Below are positions 17,946 through 26,210 of a DNA stretch of 64,000 nucleotides, piece after piece. The position numbers and the translations under genes are program-made. A model generated the notes under the pieces. The model was not told the origin of the DNA. It did not search any database and saw only the letters and a list, made by a program, of their open reading frames with translations. The stretch is from an uncultured Dehalococcoidia bacterium (GTDB lineage Bacteria > Chloroflexota > Dehalococcoidia > Lucifugimonadales > CAJWER01). Each line of letters begins with the position of its first letter. The first letter of the stretch is position 1. The stretch lies in contig CAZSLO010000023.1 in NCBI GenBank assembly GCA_964608025.1, positions 111,312-175,311 on the forward strand. The letters are read 5' to 3'.

Positions 17946-19601
17946 ATGACGAGGTTCGTATTTGTAACAGGTGGGGTTGTAAGTTCTGTAGGCAAGGGTA
18001 TTACAGTTGCTTCCCTTGGCCGGATACTCAAGAGCCGTGGATTCTCAGTGTCAGTTCTGAAACTAGATCCATACCTCAATGTCGACCCAGGCACCATGTC
18101 TCCATATCAGCATGGAGAGGTGTTTGTCACAAATGATGGCTGTGAGACTGATCTTGATCTTGGCCATTATGAACGCTTCATAGATATAGATCTCACCGAA
18201 GCTTCGAATGTGACCGCAGGACAGATCTACAGCGATGTGATAGCCCGTGAGCGGCGTGGAGAATTCTTGGGAGGGACGATACAGGCAGTGCCTCATGTGA
18301 CTGATGCAATCAAGGAGCGGATACTCCGCCTGTCCTCCGAGAGCGGTGCAGACGTGATCGTAACCGAGGTGGGAGGCACAGTTGGTGATATAGAAGGCCT
18401 CCCTTTTCTCGAGGCCATACGTCAGATGAGGAACGAGGTCGGCAGGGATAATGTCCTATACATCCACGTGACTTACCTGCCTTATATAAGCGCGACGGGG
18501 GAACTAAAGACCAAGCCGACCCAGCATAGCGTAAGGGAACTTAGAAGTATTGGCATTCAACCGGATGCCATTGTTTGTCGAAGCGAACACCCGGTAGATG
18601 AAGATATCAAGAGTAAGATTGCTGTGCATTGTGATGTTCCAAGGCCAGGCGTGGTCGGACTCCCAACAGTTTCAACAGTATATGAGGTTCCATTGTTACT
18701 CGAGGAGGAAGGACTGGGAGGGCTGATGATCGAAGCGCTGGGCCTAAGAAAATCACCGGCTGACTTATATCCTTGGCGTAAAATGGTAGTTAGGATGCAA
18801 AATCCCAGGGATGTTTTGTCAATAGCCGTTGTAGGTAAATATGTAGATCTTCCAGATTCATATCTATCCGTGAGGGAGGCTCTTAACCACGCGGGGCTAT
18901 TCTATGATTGTAACGTCGATGTTAAGTGGGTACAGGCTGAAAATATTGAAGAAAATGGAGCAGATACTTACCTAGGCAACTCTCAGGGGATTGTTGTGCC
19001 GGGCGGATTTGGTTCGCGGGGCGTTCAAGGAATGATCGATACTGTAAAGTATGCTCGTGAAAACGAAATCCCGTACTTGGGCCTTTGTCTTGGCATGCAA
19101 GTTATGGTTATAGAAGCTGCGCGAACCCTTGCAGGGCTAGGAGATGCTAATTCAACTGAATTTGATGCTCAGACACCAGATTCAGTAATTGATTTGATGC
19201 CCGATCAACGGGACGTGACCGAGATGGGTGGCACCATGCGGCTGGGGATTTATCCTTGTGCGGTAACATCTAACTCTTGGGCCAGTCGGGCATATAACAG
19301 TGAAATGGTTTATGAACGCCATCGTCATCGATATGAGGTAAACAATGCCTATCGAGAGCGTCTCGGTTCAGTCGGCATTTTTCCTACGGGCTTATCACCC
19401 GATGGTAGGTTGGTGGAGATAATGGAACATAAAGATCAGCCTTTTATGGTAGGTGTGCAATTTCACCCTGAGTTTCGGTCAAGGCCTGATCGGCCACATC
19501 CCCTCTTCAGGGAGTTTATAGGAGTGGCATCAGGTACGCTTAGAGAAGGGGGCCAGCATGCCTTCTCTATAGAGTCCGCTGGTCAATCCAACCCAAATTA
19601 A
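17946..19601 (+). CDS. pyrG: CTP synthase
   Basis: N-terminal FVTGGVVSSVGKG synthetase domain and C-terminal glutamine amidotransferase (GLCLGMQ, HRHRYEVN). Confidence 0.95.
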   Translation: MTRFVFVTGGVVSSVGKGITVASLGRILKSRGFSVSVLKLDPYLNVDPGTMSPYQHGEVFVTNDGCETDLDLGHYERFIDIDLTEASNVTAGQIYSDVIARERRGEFLGGTIQAVPHVTDAIKERILRLSSESGADVIVTEVGGTVGDIEGLPFLEAIRQMRNEVGRDNVLYIHVTYLPYISATGELKTKPTQHSVRELRSIGIQPDAIVCRSEHPVDEDIKSKIAVHCDVPRPGVVGLPTVSTVYEVPLLLEEEGLGGLMIEALGLRKSPADLYPWRKMVVRMQNPRDVLSIAVVGKYVDLPDSYLSVREALNHAGLFYDCNVDVKWVQAENIEENGADTYLGNSQGIVVPGGFGSRGVQGMIDTVKYARENEIPYLGLCLGMQVMVIEAARTLAGLGDANSTEFDAQTPDSVIDLMPDQRDVTEMGGTMRLGIYPCAVTSNSWASRAYNSEMVYERHRHRYEVNNAYRERLGSVGIFPTGLSPDGRLVEIMEHKDQPFMVGVQFHPEFRSRPDRPHPLFREFIGVASGTLREGGQHAFSIESAGQSNPN

Positions 19602-20024
19602 GTCTAGACGAACTTCCCGTTGATGTGGTATTGTGTAAGTCGACCCGCCTCTTAAACTACCTCACTATTGCCTGGGCAGCCTAGGGTTTTCCGATTGACG
19701 AACTTGACACCCATAGCTGCGGCCAGCTGGGACTAGGGTTACCAAGTTTTGGCTTTGGCTCAGGAAGCCTAAGCCAAATAGACTCTACTAACCAACATCT
19801 AAGCTATATCAATCTTAGCTCTGTCCCAAACCGAATTGCCCAAATGCATGGTTTGTGAAAGTCGAGGAGTAAAAGGTATACAGTTTTATAGGTTGACAAG
19901 TAAGCATTGTAGAGGCCCAAGCCAAATCAACAATTAAAACAATCGCCTAAGGGGTTATGGGCGATAGTAGCCCAATGATAATTGAAGACAAATATGGCGA
20001 AAGCCATGTACTAGGAGATGAACA

Positions 20025-21245
20025 CTGCCAGAATCAGGATCTGCCAAAAGACGCCGACCACGTTCACAAGACCGATCGGTTGACCAAGAACGTAATTCAA
20101 ATGTAGTAGAACAGAATGGCAATGCGACGACAACAGGCATTCTCTCAAAGACGAATGACGGATACGGATTTATCAAGAATTCGAACGGATTCCGGACCAA
20201 GGCTGGCGATGTCTACGTTTCCCAGTCACAGATCCGTAGATTTGGGTTGCGTACTGGAGATGAGGTGTCTGGACAAGTCAGGCCACCGAAAGACGGAGAG
20301 CGGTATCTTAGCCTTGTGCGGGTCGAAGAGATCAATGGTGTCGAGCCTGAAGAGGCGCGCGAACGCCCTCATTTTGAAAACCTTACACCGATTTTCCCTA
20401 CCGATAGAATTGCTCTAGAAACTGTTCCTAAACAAATGGCTACACGGTTGATTGATTTGGCAGCTCCTATAGGAAGAGGCCAGCGAGGCATGATAGTTTC
20501 ACCACCTAAAGCTGGTAAGACAACTATTCTCAAACAGATAGCCAATGGTGTCACCGAGAATGAGCCCGATATACAGTTGCTTGTGGCACTTATAGGTGAA
20601 CGCCCAGAAGAAGTAACTGATATGACTCGATCAATTAAAGGTGAGGTGTACAGCTCCACCTTTGACGAGCCGGTGGAAGACCACTGTCGGGTAGCTGAAC
20701 TTGTTTTGGAAAGGGCAAAGCGAATGGTAGAGACCGGTCGCCATGTCGTGGTATTGCTCGATAGCCTCACGCGCCTCACGCGCGCATACAATATTGCGAT
20801 GCCTACGAGTGGCAGAACATTGTCGGGTGGTATCGATCCGGTTGCTCTTTATCCACCCAAACGTTTTTTCGGAGCGGCACGTAATACTGAAGATGCTGGT
20901 AGCCTCACTATTCTTGCAGCTTGCTTGGTAGACACCGGCAGTAGAATGGACGATGTGATTTATGAAGAATTTAAAGGTACAGGAAACATGGAAGTTCACC
21001 TGGATCGGAAGTTAGCAGAACGACGAATATTCCCGGCCATAGATATTCCACGTAGTAGCACCAGGCGGGAAGAATTATTGCTCGATGAAGAAACGCTGAG
21101 ACAAGTTTGGCTATTACGTCGAATGGTAAGCATGATTGCGACTGATTCAGTGGGGACGTCTGATGCAACCGAGAAGGTAATAGAACGATTAAGAAAAACC
21201 AAGGATAATGTTGAGTTTTTGTCCAAGCTTGGGAAAGATACCTAG
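20025..21245 (+). CDS. rho: Transcription termination factor Rho (start uncertain; proposed CTG at 20025)
   Basis: OB-fold RNA-binding motifs ([25 protein letters not shown]) lie upstream of the first TTG/ATG (20247) in the same frame. That frame is open back to the TGA at 20019. AGGAG sits 7 nt before CTG 20025. Walker A is PPKAGKTT. Confidence 0.8.
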   Translation: MPESGSAKRRRPRSQDRSVDQERNSNVVEQNGNATTTGILSKTNDGYGFIKNSNGFRTKAGDVYVSQSQIRRFGLRTGDEVSGQVRPPKDGERYLSLVRVEEINGVEPEEARERPHFENLTPIFPTDRIALETVPKQMATRLIDLAAPIGRGQRGMIVSPPKAGKTTILKQIANGVTENEPDIQLLVALIGERPEEVTDMTRSIKGEVYSSTFDEPVEDHCRVAELVLERAKRMVETGRHVVVLLDSLTRLTRAYNIAMPTSGRTLSGGIDPVALYPPKRFFGAARNTEDAGSLTILAACLVDTGSRMDDVIYEEFKGTGNMEVHLDRKLAERRIFPAIDIPRSSTRREELLLDEETLRQVWLLRRMVSMIATDSVGTSDATEKVIERLRKTKDNVEFLSKLGKDT

Positions 21246-21321
21246 ATTTCAATAATGAAGATGTGTTTATCAGAAATTGTTTGGATGTCCCGAAATGCTG
21301 GGCTTAACACTCCAATGCTTA

Positions 21322-21349
21322 TTGACATTATCGATGGGGCTAATATATA
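21322..21349 (+). promoter_or_regulatory. Candidate distal promoter of S-layer-like gene (TTGACA-16 nt-TATATA)
   Basis: Consensus -35 at 21322-27 and an AT-rich -10 at 21344-49. About 320 nt upstream of the GTG start at 21670. Confidence 0.45.
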
Positions 21350-21459
21350 GTTTCGCGTGTGTATTTGTGTGCTAGATCCTTGTTGGGGATCGGTGAATTT
21401 GGTTTTAGAGAAGGCACACTCGCACTGGAATCGTCCTTAAGAATAGCTTCGAATAGTAC

Positions 21460-21489
21460 TTGACAAGCTATCTGGACGTAGTGTAAAAA
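21460..21489 (+). promoter_or_regulatory. Candidate proximal promoter of S-layer-like gene (TTGACA, TG-extended weak -10)
   Basis: Consensus -35 at 21460-65. TGTAAAAA about 17-18 nt downstream. Confidence 0.3.
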
Positions 21490-21669
21490 CATAGTGCTCG
21501 AAATATAGGAAGTTAGAGAGGCCTGCATGGCGTGTGAAAGCGCCGATAGCAAAAGAGTAAAAAGGCCAACGTCGAACCTGGGATCATGGGAGTCCCGGGA
21601 TTTCGTATGTAAACAAAGTCGAATCAAATCCTAAAGTAACGAAAATCGAGAGACATAAGGGGGTAGGCA

Positions 21670-24624
21670 GTGAAGCATCCAGTTAGAATTCTGTCCATCA
21701 TAGCGGCCTTAGGGTTGTTGGTGGCCATCTTTGCAACGGCTGAACCGGTTCAGGTTGAGGCTGCTGCAGTAACGGTGGCTGAAAACCAGGTTGAATGGGC
21801 CAATAACGATGGCACAGGCGCAAACATAACCCACGTCAAACCTGGGATCACGGCCCACTTCTATATAAGGGACGATGCTCTCCAGACGACCAAGACAGGT
21901 ACGGCCGAATTCGGGTCTTGGAATAGTGACACCGGTGCATACTTTTCGGCCACATACTTCAATATACCGACAGGTGGTGCCTCTACCAGAACACCAATAG
22001 GTCATGGAGTCGGACTAGGCGCAGCTTCGCTACGTACCGTAAACAGAGCGCTGTCTGCGATTGGATACGGTACTACCTTAGACGGACAGGCACTGGCTAC
22101 GACTACAGCGACCTCATCGGCTGTTTACAACGCCAGTTCCACTCCTCTTACGGGAGCACCGACTCTAAAGGACAGTAACAACAACGACATATTGGTAATG
22201 AGTTCCAATACAGCTAGGGGTACATTCCAGCTGGTTGGTTCAGGTGTGACAGCTACGAGTACGGCAACGTTCTCGTATCACGTTGTCGACCAGTATCTGG
22301 GGACAGCCTCTGCATCCCGACGTGCCAAGGTGACCAGCACCTCTGACCCGTCAGGTGAATGGATTACTATCAACGAGGTAGACGGTGTTGGCCTGAGTGG
22401 TCAGTCATCAACCTCGACCGTGTTCCAAGGGACAATCGCTCTTTCTACCGATGCTGCCGTGCAAGGCACTAACAGTGACGGTATCTGGGTGAATGACGGG
22501 GACACGCTTACTACTACGTATTACAAATCTGACGGTACTGTTTTGGACTCCGACACGGTGAAGGTTGACAGTGTCAAGCCGTCCGTAACAGGCATAACAC
22601 CGGCAGATGGTACGGTAACGAATATTGCCAACCCGACAGTACAGTTTGATGTTACCGATACGAACTCCGGGATGGGAGCAACGCCAGCTTCAGTCATATC
22701 TCTAGGTATAGTATCGGCAGCAGGAGCGACCACCACGGTGGCAACCGCTGACATTTCCTACCAGGCTATCGCCGATGGATACCGAGCGATCTTCGCTCAG
22801 GGTGTCGCATGGACGGAGGCGACAGGCAGTGGTGGGTACGCAGTAACAGACAGTACCGAATTCGACATGATTATCACGGCAACAGATGCTGCTGGTAACC
22901 AGGTCGTGGTTCAGCAAAACGACCTGAACTTGACCATTGACAAGACATTGCCGACCATTTCTTCCGCAGCAACCGGTGCGTTAGCGGTGACAGTGACTTT
23001 CAGTGAGAAGATGGATGCAGCTACGATAGCCGCTGCCGACTTTACTGTGGCAGGAACTACCGTGTCTGCGGCCGAAATCCAGACCGATACCACCAAGGTC
23101 AAGCTGACCATTGGAACGTTGGTCGCGGATGCCAAGCCTGAAGTTGCAATCAGCACCGTATCAGACGTGGCTGGCAACGTCATAACAGCCGCATCCAAGG
23201 TAACTGCAACTGACGGTGTGAAAGCTAGCCTCTCTGCCTCAGCGGTAGACAAGGATCTAGCTATCAAGGCCGACAAGATTAACGTAACTACAACGATGGA
23301 CGAGAAGATGGCGACTGGCTGGCCGAAGGCCCAGTTATCTGGACCGGTAGCAGGTAGGACAATAGCAGTTACCTCACCGACTCCTAACAACTACAAGGCA
23401 GCCATTACTGTTAGCGCCGCCGAAACAACGGGTATCTACGGTTTGCTTATACAGGCCAAAGATCTGGGTGCTAATATAAGTAACAACGCTACCAAGGTAT
23501 CGGCAGAGGTACTATCTACGGGTGTCGGGACAAAGATTCTGACTCTGGGTAAAGGCCCGATAGCGGATACCGACCTCGATGGTTCACTAACAGATGAAAT
23601 CACGCTTCTCAGGAATGGAACATCAACCCAGGCCGACTTCCCGACGATCACGGCTGTTGACGGAAGCGCGAGGACAGTGACCCTTAATTCCGTCGCGACG
23701 ACCACCAGTAATATTTGGACAGCGACGTATCACTACATCGCAACAGAGACATATGAGGTGGACACGTCGGCACCGACGGTAACCTTCGACCCTGCTGACG
23801 GCACGTCAGTGGCGAACCAGTCACCGTACGTTCGGTTAGTATTCGATGAAGACGAGTATCCTGGTGACAGCTATAAGACAGTCACCTTGACCAAGGCGTC
23901 CTTGGTGCATCCGAGTGGAACTACTACCGATGCATTGGCTAGCTTCACGACTGCAGACAGCAAGGAATTCATCTGGGCAGCCACGGACCTTGCACTTGGT
24001 AAGTACGAGTTGACTGTGAGTGCCACGGACACGGCCGGCAATAAGCTGACCGATTCGAAGGGTACGTTCACGATCACCAAACGTACGACTACCATTAACT
24101 TGAGGCCAGGTTGGAACCTGATTTCATTGCCTGACTCACCAGCAGCTGGTAAGACAGGGATCAACGATGTAATCACATCGACTCTGGTAGACATCGTACT
24201 TACCTACGATGCAGCAGCCTCGAACTGGTACAGGGCGACACGTCAGACAGATGGAACACTTGGACAGCCGGACAGCGCGCTAGAACTGAAGAATATTACG
24301 TCCGACAAGGCGTACTGGGTCCATTCGACAGGTGTGGTAGCGCTCAAGGTAGACGTTCCTGGACTGGCAGCTGGTGCAGCGGCACTTCCGCCTAGCTTCC
24401 CAGTAGTAGCTGGTTGGAACCTAGTTCCAGTAGCAACAACTGACCTTGCGGTAACGACAAGAGATGCAGACGACTACTTTAGCGGACTATCCTGGTCTAG
24501 GTCGTATAGCTACGATAACCTGACCAACAAGTTCGTTGGACTGTTGCCAGCGACTTCCGATACCGTATCGGTAACAAAGGGATACTGGATCTTTATTAAG
24601 ACCGCAGGTACCTTAGTCCCATAG
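21670..24624 (+). CDS. Secreted 984-aa Ig-like-repeat surface protein, S-layer candidate
   Basis: GGGGG SD plus GTG start. Signal peptide ends VQVEA/AA. No Cys, rich in Thr/Ala/Ser/Val. Recurrent VDxxxPxVT...PADGT and (T/S)DxAGN module borders. Tandem GWNL...YW(V/I) C-terminal repeats. Confidence 0.6.
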   Translation: MKHPVRILSIIAALGLLVAIFATAEPVQVEAAAVTVAENQVEWANNDGTGANITHVKPGITAHFYIRDDALQTTKTGTAEFGSWNSDTGAYFSATYFNIPTGGASTRTPIGHGVGLGAASLRTVNRALSAIGYGTTLDGQALATTTATSSAVYNASSTPLTGAPTLKDSNNNDILVMSSNTARGTFQLVGSGVTATSTATFSYHVVDQYLGTASASRRAKVTSTSDPSGEWITINEVDGVGLSGQSSTSTVFQGTIALSTDAAVQGTNSDGIWVNDGDTLTTTYYKSDGTVLDSDTVKVDSVKPSVTGITPADGTVTNIANPTVQFDVTDTNSGMGATPASVISLGIVSAAGATTTVATADISYQAIADGYRAIFAQGVAWTEATGSGGYAVTDSTEFDMIITATDAAGNQVVVQQNDLNLTIDKTLPTISSAATGALAVTVTFSEKMDAATIAAADFTVAGTTVSAAEIQTDTTKVKLTIGTLVADAKPEVAISTVSDVAGNVITAASKVTATDGVKASLSASAVDKDLAIKADKINVTTTMDEKMATGWPKAQLSGPVAGRTIAVTSPTPNNYKAAITVSAAETTGIYGLLIQAKDLGANISNNATKVSAEVLSTGVGTKILTLGKGPIADTDLDGSLTDEITLLRNGTSTQADFPTITAVDGSARTVTLNSVATTTSNIWTATYHYIATETYEVDTSAPTVTFDPADGTSVANQSPYVRLVFDEDEYPGDSYKTVTLTKASLVHPSGTTTDALASFTTADSKEFIWAATDLALGKYELTVSATDTAGNKLTDSKGTFTITKRTTTINLRPGWNLISLPDSPAAGKTGINDVITSTLVDIVLTYDAAASNWYRATRQTDGTLGQPDSALELKNITSDKAYWVHSTGVVALKVDVPGLAAGAAALPPSFPVVAGWNLVPVATTDLAVTTRDADDYFSGLSWSRSYSYDNLTNKFVGLLPATSDTVSVTKGYWIFIKTAGTLVP

Positions 24625-24654
24625 GCTTGTATCTAAGGTCAAACGAGTAATGAA

Positions 24655-24697
24655 AAGCCTCCCTCCTCAATCAATGGGGAGGGAGGCTTATTCGTTT
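24655..24697 (+). terminator. Rho-independent terminator/attenuator after S-layer-like gene
   Basis: Perfect 12-bp GC-rich stem AAGCCTCCCTCC / GGAGGGAGGCTT (24655-66 / 24678-89), followed by ATTCGTTT. Confidence 0.65.
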
Positions 24698-24712
24698 AGG
24701 GAGTAAAAAGGC

Positions 24713-25978
24713 TTGATCCACTTTTTAAAGAGACTTGCTGTTGCATCAACCATTATATTGACGGTTGGTTTATTTATTGATCGAAACAGCTTTGTCTCAG
24801 CACAGGCAGCTCCACCTGTACCTTCGATATTCTCTGGACCTGCAAAAGCAGGGGGCCAAGGTGTACCAGACGGAATCCCAATTGTTGCCAGGATTGAGGA
24901 TAAATACGAGTCAGAAGCTGTTCGAGTCACTGATGGTCAGTTCAGAGGATTGTTGGTGGGACCAACCGATTCAAAACTAGCGGGCAAAGTGATAACTTTT
25001 TGGTTGGATGGATCTGTCAAGGCCGATCAACAGGTGTACTTTATCCCATCAACGGTTAATCTTAACCTTTTCCTTACGTTTCCTAATTTGCCTATACCTA
25101 CACCTACCCCTACACCCACCCCGACCCTGACACCGACTCCAACACCTATCACACCAACTGCCACACCGACACCGACACCGACACCATCACCTATACCGAC
25201 AGCAACATTAGTTCCTACACAAACTCCGACCCCGGAAAAAGCGCAACCAGCAGTCTACTCTGGTCAGATTATAGTTTCCGGAGGAAATGTGCCTGAAGGA
25301 GCGGAACTCAAAGCTATAATTGGATCTTACGAAACCTTTCCTGTAACGATATCCGGCACCACTTATACCAATTTAGTTGTGGCTCCTAATGATCCATCGT
25401 TTATTGGGCAAACTATAGTGTTCTTGTTAAATGGAGTAGCTGCAACCCAAACCGAAACATATATCAGTGGTAATTTCGTCCAGAACTTTAACCTTATTTT
25501 TATCGGACTGGCGACTCCTACACCGACGGCGACAGCCACACCGACACCTTCATCTACTCCCACGATGACCCCAACAGCGACGGCGACAGCGACAGCGACG
25601 GCGACAGCGACACCAACTTTCACACCCACTGCAACGGCAACTGCGACACCAACACCTAGTCCAGTACCGTCGGCAACGCCGACACCAACCTTAGTGCCTA
25701 CGCCTATCCCTACGGCTACACCAACGGCTGTCCCTACTGCAATCCCTACTGCTACACCAATGCCTACAAAAGAACCTGAACCGACTCCTGAAGCGGTAAT
25801 AACCAATCAACCGATCGGAACTTCTGTAGCGGAAGGCGACGAAACTAATGCCGAAAGCTCCAGTTGTGTTCCATTACCTTCAGTGTCATTGGGTACCGGC
25901 TTGGTAAACACCTTGGTTCTTTTTGGTCCAATTGGATTGATAGCCGGCTATCGGAGTGCAAAGCGTCGACGGATTTGA
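24713..25978 (+). CDS. Secreted 421-aa protein with duplicated ~90-aa domain, TP/TA-rich linkers and PEP-CTERM-like C-terminal anchor
   Basis: TTG start and signal peptide (..SFVSAQA). Two homologous beta-rich domains (VP(D/E)G...F(W/L)L(D/N)G). C-terminus is SSSCVPLPS + hydrophobic helix + KRRRI. Confidence 0.6.
   Translation: MIHFLKRLAVASTIILTVGLFIDRNSFVSAQAAPPVPSIFSGPAKAGGQGVPDGIPIVARIEDKYESEAVRVTDGQFRGLLVGPTDSKLAGKVITFWLDGSVKADQQVYFIPSTVNLNLFLTFPNLPIPTPTPTPTPTLTPTPTPITPTATPTPTPTPSPIPTATLVPTQTPTPEKAQPAVYSGQIIVSGGNVPEGAELKAIIGSYETFPVTISGTTYTNLVVAPNDPSFIGQTIVFLLNGVAATQTETYISGNFVQNFNLIFIGLATPTPTATATPTPSSTPTMTPTATATATATATATPTFTPTATATATPTPSPVPSATPTPTLVPTPIPTATPTAVPTAIPTATPMPTKEPEPTPEAVITNQPIGTSVAEGDETNAESSSCVPLPSVSLGTGLVNTLVLFGPIGLIAGYRSAKRRRI
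25090..25240 (+). repeat. Low-complexity ACN-CCN codon repeat encoding (TP)n linker 1
   Basis: Visible runs of acaccgac / cctacacc units within the CDS. Confidence 0.8.
25510..25795 (+). repeat. Low-complexity repeat encoding (TP)n/(TA)n linker 2, including near-perfect GCGACR hexanucleotide tandem array
   Basis: Run acagcgacggcgacagcgacagcgacggcgacagcgaca around 25571-25612 encoding TATATATATATA. Confidence 0.8.
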
Positions 25979-26128
25979 CCTCCGTAATCTCGAATTAATC
26001 CCTCTTGAACTGGTAACGCCACGTCCACCGATTAAGCGATCCTTGTTATCCTTCAACGGATCTTGAGATCTGGAACTTTTTGGGCTTAACTAAACAACTA
26101 ACCCGTGATCTTTTAGAAATGGTTCTAG

Positions 26129-26158
26129 TTGACATCACGGAAAACACGGTGCTAAATT
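26129..26158 (+). promoter_or_regulatory. Candidate hrcA promoter (TTGACA-18 nt-TAAATT with TGC extended -10)
   Basis: -35 at 26129-34. TGCTAAATT at 26150-58. Confidence 0.4.
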
Positions 26159-26210
26159 CACCGTATAAAAAACTAGATCCAAGGTTTTGCTAGATCACAA
26201 AGAATCAGAG

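Noticed and set aside
19748-19778. Long near-perfect hairpin TTTGGCTT-T-GGCT-CAGGA-AGCC-T-AAGCCAAA, considered as the pyrG terminator
   Set aside because: It lies 147 nt after the pyrG stop and is not followed by a U tract, so it is not a canonical intrinsic terminator. It may still be a structural element of the rho leader.
20116-20418. 100-aa plus-strand ORF overlapping the 5' part of rho in another frame
   Set aside because: The Rho OB-fold motifs are encoded in the other frame across the same nucleotides. This ORF has no motif and is Arg/Ser rich.
21340-21627. 95-aa minus-strand ORF in the rho / S-layer-gene spacer
   Set aside because: It has a TTG start without an SD. It overlaps both candidate plus-strand promoters and has no recognisable domain. 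I treat it as non-coding leader DNA, although a small protein cannot be strictly excluded.
25090-25795. Short tandem repeats that might suggest a CRISPR array or satellite
   Set aside because: The repeat units are 3-6 nt, in frame, with no spacers, and they encode Thr-Pro/Thr-Ala linkers inside a CDS. This is not CRISPR.
25363-25806. 147-aa minus-strand ORF rich in Gly-Val (GVGVAVG...)
   Set aside because: It is the reverse complement of the Thr-Pro/Thr-Ala codon repeats of the plus-strand secreted protein. It is a low-complexity shadow ORF with no start context.
26129-26160. GTGCTAA half-site upstream of hrcA that looked like a CIRCE arm
   Set aside because: The partner arm at the required N9 spacing matches only 5 of 9 positions and does not form an inverted repeat. 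The GTGCTAAATT is better explained as a TG-extended -10 box 18 nt after a TTGACA.
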